NCBI GenBank assembly: GCA_013298775.1 | Contig: JAAFIV010000014.1 | Span: 30,197-94,196 of the forward strand | Direction: 5' to 3' | Origin: Ignavibacteria bacterium | GTDB lineage: Bacteria; Bacteroidota; Ignavibacteria; Kapaibacteriales; UBA4661 | Length of the DNA stretch: 64,000 bases | Shown: one piece after another, positions 1-7,285 of the stretch | How the letters are laid out: each line of letters begins with the position of its first letter | Numbering within the stretch: the first letter of the stretch is position 1 | Notes under the pieces: generated by a model | The model's database searches: none | Told to the model about the DNA's origin: nothing | Seen by the model: the letters and a program-made list of their open reading frames with translations, nothing else | Translations under genes and position numbers: made by a program

Positions 1-180
1 TGCCGACCATAAGGAAAAGCGGTGCGCCCGGCGGGTGCGGGACTTGCTGATAAACAGTTGCGGCAGTAAATTCCGCGCAATCCCAGAAGGGAAGCGTCTG
101 TTGGACGGTGAGCAGATACGTCGTGAGGGAAATCACGAACACCAATGCCGCAAATGCTCGGTTCAGGTTTTGTGTGTTCA
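1..180 (-). CDS. DUF2723-like membrane protein, N-terminal 60 aa (partial, continues beyond window start)
   Basis: Reverse translation from ATG at 180-178 gives MNTQNLNRAFAALVFVISLTTYLLTVQQTLPFWDCAEFTAATVYQQVPHPPGAPLF; the FWDxxEF...HPPGxPLF motif is typical of the DUF2723/TMEM260-like glycosyltransferase-fold family. Confidence 0.45.
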
Positions 181-983
181 TAGAAAAAAATCGTGGAGAA
201 AACGAAGATGAAAATGAAAAATGTGTTCGTGGGATAGAGTGCCAGTAAAGTACACCAGCAAAGTACAATTTACCAAAGCCTCAAAGTTAGGGCTTTTTAC
301 GATACTAACGAACAAAAAAGAGTGAAGAAATGTTAAGGTTTGTGCTTTTCAATCATTCCAAAAGAACCCAGATTTTGCACTTTTTTGATGAATTGCTCCG
401 AAATGGTCAAAAAAAAGCCTCTAGGACATTTCCAAAGGAATAATGTTGGTAGCGGTAGAAAAATGCCCTAGCTTTGCACCCATATTTATTACGCTGTTGT
501 TATGTTTTGTAGTTCCGTTTGTATGCCTGTCTGTATCAGGCTTTTAGGGGAAATAGTATTATCGAGAAACAGCGCAAAGTTCAGAGGAAAGGCACTTTTT
601 GAGTATCATTCAAGGAGTGTTTTTTGTAGATTACGTGCTTGTTCAGCATGTACTCTGTTCTTTTTTTGCTAAGGTTTGTGCCGGATACCGATAGATATTG
701 CTCTTGTTTTTCCCTCAGGCTATCGTGTTTTTGTCTTGCCCGCCTTGCACTTTGTTCATGTTTGTTTGTAGGAATTGTTTGTAGAAAACTCTGTTCCGTT
801 GGAGCATGGGTAACTGGTGTTCTGTTTCTCTGCGGAACGTCTCTGGTACTCGTATGCGCTGCCGGATGGTATCTATTGTGTGCGCTATGTTTGTAGCGTG
901 CATTCCTACTATTTTGAACAATGCTCGTGCTGCTGCGTTATGTACGTGCTGCGTGCCTTCGTTATCTTGCTATACTTAACTTT
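181..983 (+). promoter_or_regulatory. Unusually long (about 800 nt) non-coding leader/promoter region upstream of the LOV kinase; G+T-rich, A-poor from about 600
   Basis: No credible ORF (only a Cys/Leu-rich low-complexity 85-aa frame); T-rich tracts; small stem (aagcc...ggctt) plus T4 at about 275-300. Confidence 0.3.
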
Positions 984-2171
984 ATGACCATTCCCTACAA
1001 TTTGCTGGACTATGTTCTGCAACATGCCCCCATTGGTATTACCCTTGCCGATGCCTCTCGACCAGACACGCCGATTGTCTATACAAATGCAGGTTTTACG
1101 AGCATCACAGGCTATTCTTCGGAAGAAACTATTGGAAAAAATTGCCGCTTTCTCCAAGCCCACGACACGAATCAACCGTCGGCGCGGCTTATGAATCACG
1201 CAATGAGCAGCGGAAAGGGCTGCCGTGTGGTGCTACGCAATTATCGCAAAGATGGCACTCAGTTTTGGAATGAAGTTACGCTCATTCCGATTTTTGATAA
1301 AAGCAATGCAGTAACGCATTTTCTCGGCGTTCAGCACGACGTAACGTCTCAGCGTCAGTACAATGAACTCTTGATTGCCTACGATGTTATCAATGAGCAA
1401 ATGGTGAATCTTGAAGCACAAAGCGAAGAACTACGCCGCGTGAACGACCAGTTGCACGAAAGTAATGCTCGTATCAACGACTTAGCTGCCCTTCTTGCCC
1501 ATGACCTGCAAAACCCCATTTCAGCAATGATGAGCTTTGTTGAGGTGTTGCGCGATACCGACCTCAATCTTTCGCAAGAAGATATGAAGATGTATGCGAA
1601 TGTCGCCTATGAAACAGCAGAGCGCATCCTGCCGATTATCAAAAAGCTCATGGATGTAGGACGCTTGGCGAAGCAGCAAATAGAGCCGCTTAAACTTTTT
1701 GTCCTGAATGCCTCCACCACCGCAGAGCTGTTGGCAAATGGATATCGTTATCGTGCGGAAACAAAAAATATTCAACTTGATATTGATATTCCCAAAGAAT
1801 TTTGGGTGATGGCAGACGAAAGCGCACTGTATGAAGTGCTGGATAATCTTATCTCCAACGCTCTTAAATACACGCCGCAAGGGAAAAAGATTGGTGTGCG
1901 GATGAGTTCCGCCGCCAATACAAACTCTAATGTTGTGCGCATTGAAGTCTGGGACGAAGGACAGGGTTTCAGTGAGACTGACCTTCAAAAGATATTCCGC
2001 CAAAGTGGAATGCTTTCTGCACGCCCTACGGGTGGAGAAAGCTCCACTGGGCTGGGCTTGATGTCGGTAAAAAGCCTCGTTGCGCAGATGAAAGGAAAGG
2101 TATGGTGCGAGAGCGTTTGGGGCGAAGGGGCGCGGTTTTTTGTAGAATTACCTTCGGTGCAAAAACGATAA
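984..2171 (+). CDS. LOV-domain (blue-light, flavin-binding PAS) sensor histidine kinase
   Basis: Canonical LOV signature GKNCRFLQ with the flavin-adduct cysteine; PAS core (YTNAGFTSITGYSSEE...RKDGTQFWNEV); coiled-coil linker; H-box AHDLQNPISAM with His; N box ISNALKYT, G1 VWDEGQGF, G2 GGESSTGLGL. ATG at 984 (MTIPYN); the upstream part of the 921 ORF looks non-coding. Confidence 0.85.
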   Translation: MTIPYNLLDYVLQHAPIGITLADASRPDTPIVYTNAGFTSITGYSSEETIGKNCRFLQAHDTNQPSARLMNHAMSSGKGCRVVLRNYRKDGTQFWNEVTLIPIFDKSNAVTHFLGVQHDVTSQRQYNELLIAYDVINEQMVNLEAQSEELRRVNDQLHESNARINDLAALLAHDLQNPISAMMSFVEVLRDTDLNLSQEDMKMYANVAYETAERILPIIKKLMDVGRLAKQQIEPLKLFVLNASTTAELLANGYRYRAETKNIQLDIDIPKEFWVMADESALYEVLDNLISNALKYTPQGKKIGVRMSSAANTNSNVVRIEVWDEGQGFSETDLQKIFRQSGMLSARPTGGESSTGLGLMSVKSLVAQMKGKVWCESVWGEGARFFVELPSVQKR

Positions 2172-2179
2172 CTTCACCT

Positions 2180-2911
2180 ATGCTCTCTACCGAGAAAGAA
2201 TTACCGCGCCTTTCGCGCCTCAGCGCAACGCTGACCTTGCTTCAAACCAAGCGTATTGTGAGTGCGCCGGAGCTTGCCGCACACTTCGGCGTGAGCGTCC
2301 GCACGGTGTACCGCGATATTCGTGCGTTGGAGGATTCTGGTATTCCGATTTGCACCGAAGAAGGCAAAGGGTACTCGCTCGTGGAGGGTTTTTCGCTGCC
2401 ACCCGTGATGCTGAGTCAGTCGGAAGCAAATGCACTCTTGACGGCAGAGAAAATTTTGGTGAATAATAGCGATGCCTCATTAGCAAAAGAATATCAAGCA
2501 GCAATAGCAAAAATCAAAGCCGTGATGCGCTTTCCAACGAAAGAGAAGTTGGAAATCCTGCAAAAGCGCATGGTTGTTCGCAAGTCGCGCACAGAAGCGC
2601 AATCCCCGCAAAGCACGTATTTATCAACCTTGCAGATGGCAATTACCGATTCTTTTTGTGTGGAGATTGTGTACGAATCACTTCACGACCACGCCACTAG
2701 CGAACGTGTTGTAGAGCCGCTTGGCGTGTACACAAGCCAAGATGGGAACTGGGTATTGGTAGCGTGGTGCCGTCTGCGCAATGAACATCGGTCGTTTCGC
2801 TTGGATTGTATTCGCCGTCTCACCCTGCTCTACGAGCAATGCCCAAAGCCAGAGTTTAGTTTAGAGGAGTATTTTGCCGAGTGCCTGCGTCTGCAGAAAT
2901 ACCATACTTAA
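2180..2911 (+). CDS. WYL-domain transcriptional regulator (YafY-like; HTH + WYL + C-terminal extension)
   Basis: N-terminal DeoR/HTH_11-like helix-turn-helix (TKRIVSAPELAAHFGVSVRTVYRDIRALEDSGIPI); WYL hallmark GNWVLVAWCRLRNEHRSFRLDCIRRL; ATG at 2180, 9 nt after the kinase stop. Confidence 0.8.
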   Translation: MLSTEKELPRLSRLSATLTLLQTKRIVSAPELAAHFGVSVRTVYRDIRALEDSGIPICTEEGKGYSLVEGFSLPPVMLSQSEANALLTAEKILVNNSDASLAKEYQAAIAKIKAVMRFPTKEKLEILQKRMVVRKSRTEAQSPQSTYLSTLQMAITDSFCVEIVYESLHDHATSERVVEPLGVYTSQDGNWVLVAWCRLRNEHRSFRLDCIRRLTLLYEQCPKPEFSLEEYFAECLRLQKYHT

Positions 2912-3198
2912 AAAGGGTAAGACGCTCTTCCCGTCCTAGCTACGGCTGAGGACGAAGAACGCCGTCGTCGTAGGGTTGTACGGTATGCAATTTCTACCCT
3001 TACTCAGTATAACCAAGGGGTAGTGTCTCTTTTGCAATTACCGACTTTGGGCAACGCGGCATACTGTCTTTTCTCGTGCTTCCATGAACGCTGTGTCAAT
3101 TCCTGCTCATTCTCTGCCAAACCTTGCGTATATTGCGATGTGTTTGCCACCCATTCAAGCTGCTTCCATACTTCATCTCTATTCATTGTCATTGCCAC

Positions 3199-5622
3199 AT
3201 GTCCTCATTATCACAGCCTTCGGTGCCGCGTGAAAACCCATCGCGTGAACATTTATCACACGAAAACATGCCAGTTGAAAATGCCTCTTTTCCAAAAGCA
3301 GGTGGCAATCAGCGTGTTGTGAAAATTGGCTCGTGGGAGCGCGACCTTGCAACGGGGCGTATTTACTGGTCTGCAGATGCACGCGCTATTGTTGGATTTG
3401 AAGAGCATGAGGTTTGGACTATTGAAGAATATATCGCACATATTGTGCATCCTCACGACCGTGAGCGCGTGCAAGAAGCAATTCGTTATGGCATAGAGCA
3501 AGGCACGGGTTATGAAATTGAATATCGTATTCTCGTCTCGCCTTCACGCTCGGCGCATGCGTATTCGAGGAAGCACCTATCGCGCCAAGGCTCCATTGAA
3601 AAAACGGTACTCGTGTCGTGCATTATGAGCGAGTCACTGAGCGGAGTAGAGCATGAATTTGAAGCGCGTGAAGATGGCGCACACAAACGTTTACACGGCA
3701 CAATTCAAGACATTAGTGCGCTTCGCGCCACCGCAAGCGAACTCGACACACAACGCTTTCTTTTGCGAGAATCTCAAGCGATTGCCAAAATTGGCGGTTG
3801 GGAATACGACCTCGCTTCAGGAAATCTTTTCTGGACGGACGAGTATTATCATCTTATTCGCCGCACGCCGGAGGAATATCCCGCAACCATTGATAATTAC
3901 TACGCTCTTGTGCATCCCCACGACCGCAAACGCGTGTACGACGACATGCAAGCCGCACTGCAGGGCAAAAGCGACGCATTGGAATATCGTATTGTGCTGC
4001 CAGACGATACTGTGCGGCATATTCGCGGGTACGGAGCGGTAGTGCGCTCTGGAGCGGACGAGCGGATTGTTAAGTTGCGGGGTGTCATTCAGGACATCAC
4101 CGATAACAAACGCTCAGAACAAAAGCTGAAGCGGCTGACCGATATTTTGAATCAAGCGCAACACCTGACGCAGCTTGGTTCGTGGGAACGCGACTTACGC
4201 ACAGACGAACTCACATGGTCGGATGAATTCTTTCGCCAACTAGGATACGAAGCGCAGCAATTTCAGCCAGAAGCAGGATATTTCCTGACACACGTTCACC
4301 CCGACGACCGCCATATCGTGAAAGAGGCTATTTCTGCTCTTGTACGGAATGATTTTTCTTCTATTCCAGAATCGCGCTTTATTGAGTATCGCCTTATTCG
4401 CAGCGACGGCACAACGCGCTACATGCGCGGCACGGGCGGGAATATCGTGAATTCACGCGGAGAAGTAACCGTGATTTTTGGCACGTTGCAGGACATCACC
4501 TATCTCCAAGAGGCTCAGCAACGCTTGGAAGCAAGCGAGCGGAAGTTTCGCCAGCTTTTTGAGCAATCTACTCTTGGGAAGCTGATTTTCACGAGTGCCT
4601 TACAGCCCTTGCAAGCAAACACGGCACTGCTGGAATTATTGGGGTACTCGGCAGAAGAGCTGCTCACGACACCGCATCAGAACTTGTTTCACGAAGATGA
4701 GCGGCATCGTTTTACCGAGCATTTGCAGGCGTTGCTCTTGGGGAATATTCCCCTTATCCATACCGATGTTCGCCTCCGCACGAAAGCTGGAAGCACGATT
4801 TGGTGCCGCGTGCAGGTCTCTATCTTTGAACAGCACAATGATACTATTGAGCGCAATATCCTCATGACCGCAGAAGACATCACGCAATATCGCCAAGTGG
4901 AAGCAGCAATTCAAAAAACGCTCCAGCGCGAGCGCGAGACCTTCGACCAACGCAACCAAATCATTGCGCGGCTCACGCAGCAACTTCAAACGCCGCTCAG
5001 TACGATTTCGCTCGCAAGTAATATCATGCACAAGCATCATTTCAAAATGCCAGAAGAGAAGATTTCATCGTACTTCGGGAGCATTTCGGAAGCGATTGAG
5101 GAAATTCAATCATTGATGAGTAATATGGTTCTCATGGGAAAACTGGAAACCGGACGCGCCCAACTCCAACTTGCGCCGCTCAATTTTACCTCGTACAGCA
5201 AACGCCTTCTGAGCGAATTTACCTCGAAGTACAGCCATCGCCCTGTTGAAGCCACGTTCAACTTACCAGAAAATACACCCGCGCTGATTGACCATGAATT
5301 ACTGCGCCTGATTGTCTGGCATTTGTTGCTCTTTTTGGATAAAGGTTTAGCAAAAGGATTGCCAATACAATGCGCAATCGAGGTGGTCTTTGCTTCAGGA
5401 ACGCAGCTTGCAAGCAGCATAGAATGGTACTTTTCCTGTACAGACAGCCGTTACGACGACATTGCGGCTCTGCTTCAAGACAGCGAACATGCCACAAGCG
5501 ATGCCTCCGAAGTCGGCTTGGCAACGATTCAGCAAGCAGTACAACTGCACGGCGCACATCTCAGGGGCAAAAACTCTGGTACAATGCTGAAACTGGCGTT
5601 GCAACTGCCGTTGCCGTCGTAG
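3199..5622 (+). CDS. Multi-PAS sensor pseudo-histidine kinase (three PAS_3-like domains plus PAS, degenerate DHp and ATP-binding domains)
   Basis: Three repeats of the GSWERDL..G...WSDE PAS_3 pattern (GSWERDLATGRIYWSADA; GGWEYDLASGNLFWTDEY; GSWERDLRTDELTWSDEF) plus a fourth PAS; H-box position reads LTQQLQTPLSTI (His replaced by Gln); C-terminal domain lacks recognisable N/G1/G2 boxes. Confidence 0.75.
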   Translation: MSSLSQPSVPRENPSREHLSHENMPVENASFPKAGGNQRVVKIGSWERDLATGRIYWSADARAIVGFEEHEVWTIEEYIAHIVHPHDRERVQEAIRYGIEQGTGYEIEYRILVSPSRSAHAYSRKHLSRQGSIEKTVLVSCIMSESLSGVEHEFEAREDGAHKRLHGTIQDISALRATASELDTQRFLLRESQAIAKIGGWEYDLASGNLFWTDEYYHLIRRTPEEYPATIDNYYALVHPHDRKRVYDDMQAALQGKSDALEYRIVLPDDTVRHIRGYGAVVRSGADERIVKLRGVIQDITDNKRSEQKLKRLTDILNQAQHLTQLGSWERDLRTDELTWSDEFFRQLGYEAQQFQPEAGYFLTHVHPDDRHIVKEAISALVRNDFSSIPESRFIEYRLIRSDGTTRYMRGTGGNIVNSRGEVTVIFGTLQDITYLQEAQQRLEASERKFRQLFEQSTLGKLIFTSALQPLQANTALLELLGYSAEELLTTPHQNLFHEDERHRFTEHLQALLLGNIPLIHTDVRLRTKAGSTIWCRVQVSIFEQHNDTIERNILMTAEDITQYRQVEAAIQKTLQRERETFDQRNQIIARLTQQLQTPLSTISLASNIMHKHHFKMPEEKISSYFGSISEAIEEIQSLMSNMVLMGKLETGRAQLQLAPLNFTSYSKRLLSEFTSKYSHRPVEATFNLPENTPALIDHELLRLIVWHLLLFLDKGLAKGLPIQCAIEVVFASGTQLASSIEWYFSCTDSRYDDIAALLQDSEHATSDASEVGLATIQQAVQLHGAHLRGKNSGTMLKLALQLPLPS

Positions 5623-5654
5623 AGTTTTTTTGAGAACATGTTTGGAGAAATACA

Positions 5655-5697
5655 AAAGCCGCTTCGTACCTGGTATGAAGCGGCTTTTTGAGGTTTT
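5655..5697. terminator. Bidirectional rho-independent terminator between convergent genes
   Basis: aaaagccgcttc-gtacctggtat-gaagcggctttt, flanked by T-runs on both strands. Confidence 0.6.
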
Positions 5698-5710
5698 AAG
5701 TATGTATTTT

Positions 5711-7213
5711 CTAAAATCCACTAAACGGAGAGACTAATCTTGCATTACGAGCAATCACGCGGTTCATGTCCCAGCGCATCGTTACAGTTGTTCCGCTTAC
5801 CGTAAATTGGTCCATTTCGTCATCTGGTGGAACAAAATCAGGAACGATTACCTTCGCATCTGGTCCATTGCCTGCTGCTGCCAAAAGCGTCGGGTTTGTA
5901 TCAATCTGACGACGTGGTAACGGCAATTTAATCGCTAAGTCTTCAATGCGACGACCTTCGCAGAAAAAGATATGCTGACGCAAAAGAAAGAGCATTGCAA
6001 GGTGGTCTTCGCGGTTGCGGCTCGACAATGCCGCAACGCTATCAGGCGTTTGGTTGGTGTACGAAATGCCATATACAGGAACCGTTCCTGGACGGCGCAC
6101 AATCAAGCCCGCAACGGCTGGTGAATTTGCATCCGCACGAACATTTAGGGTTGCAACGTTTGGTCTATTTGGGCGTGTATCGCGGTCGTTCATCATACGG
6201 ATAGGGCGATTACGTGCTACGCGTGCAGCACTGCTCATAGACTCACGTGCAGCATCAAGGTTATTATTGGAGAGCGCAATTTCAGCCAAAATCAAGTGCG
6301 CTTCTTCTGCCTTCAGACTTGGGTGCGGGTCGTTGACCGTCGCGGCAACAAACATATATTTTGGGTCAAGAAAATCCAAGCGTGGATTTGGTTGAAACGC
6401 ATGGTCGGTGCGGTTCGAGACAAAGTCTTGAATCGCACTACCAAGATTGATAACGTCATACGTTGCCGTAAAGACATACTCTGGGCTACGCATTAAACCC
6501 GCCCGTGCAAAAAATGCTGCGCTATCCTTGTTGCCTTCCAAACGATAGATGCGAGCAAGGGCATAGTTACAGCGAGTGATAATCTCTGCCGCCGTAATTG
6601 CTGGGTTTGCACTAGCATCGGTTGCTTGAGTACCTGTTGCACCTGTTGCGCGGCGTAGTGCCTCACGGAATGCAGCGATACTTTGCTTACGGGCATCGGC
6701 TGCCGGTACAAGTGGTCCGTTTTCTACAAGTGGAAAGCGAACAAATTTTTCGGACAGCATCATCAGTGCCATACCTTTGAAGAAGAATACTTGTGCGCGT
6801 TGTGCGTCGGTTGCCAAGAGGTCTTGCGCATTATCAACGGTATTCTTGATACCAAACTCCGCCAATGAGAGTAGTGATTGTGTGCCAATATACGCCCCAC
6901 CAACCGTAATATCATTCAAATCTACGGTGCGTGGTAAATCGAGCTGTACTGAAACAAACGTGGTTACATTCTTGTAGTTATCAGAGACAATTTCACATAC
7001 TTGTGAGTTGTTTGCCACAGCCGAAGCAAACTGCCGCCGCAAGCCTACGGCAACGGCGCGTGTAGCACCATTCGGACCTGCCAAAAGTTGAGGTTCGGTT
7101 GTTGCGGGATTCTGAACTTTTGTAACATCTATCAGGTCGCAGCCCGCAAGCACAAAAAGAGCAATAACCATGCTCCCAATGACGTGTATGCGAGAGAATA
7201 CAAAATTTTTCAT
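5711..7213 (-). CDS. SusD/RagB-family outer-membrane nutrient-binding lipoprotein
   Basis: Lipoprotein signal with LAGC lipobox; about 500 aa; immediately downstream of a SusC-like TonB-dependent receptor; start taken at MKNFVF (ATG 7213). Confidence 0.75.
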   Translation of the reverse strand: MKNFVFSRIHVIGSMVIALFVLAGCDLIDVTKVQNPATTEPQLLAGPNGATRAVAVGLRRQFASAVANNSQVCEIVSDNYKNVTTFVSVQLDLPRTVDLNDITVGGAYIGTQSLLSLAEFGIKNTVDNAQDLLATDAQRAQVFFFKGMALMMLSEKFVRFPLVENGPLVPAADARKQSIAAFREALRRATGATGTQATDASANPAITAAEIITRCNYALARIYRLEGNKDSAAFFARAGLMRSPEYVFTATYDVINLGSAIQDFVSNRTDHAFQPNPRLDFLDPKYMFVAATVNDPHPSLKAEEAHLILAEIALSNNNLDAARESMSSAARVARNRPIRMMNDRDTRPNRPNVATLNVRADANSPAVAGLIVRRPGTVPVYGISYTNQTPDSVAALSSRNREDHLAMLFLLRQHIFFCEGRRIEDLAIKLPLPRRQIDTNPTLLAAAGNGPDAKVIVPDFVPPDDEMDQFTVSGTTVTMRWDMNRVIARNARLVSPFSGF

Positions 7214-7285
7214 ATAATTATGATTGATTAGAGATGAAGATTCGTGATTTGAAATCCGTTTCAATGTGTTCCCTAAAATTCCGCA

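Noticed and set aside
639-896. 85-aa ORF in the upstream leader
   Set aside because: Extremely Cys/Leu/Phe-rich low-complexity translation of a G+T-rich tract; no ribosome-binding context. It was judged non-coding.
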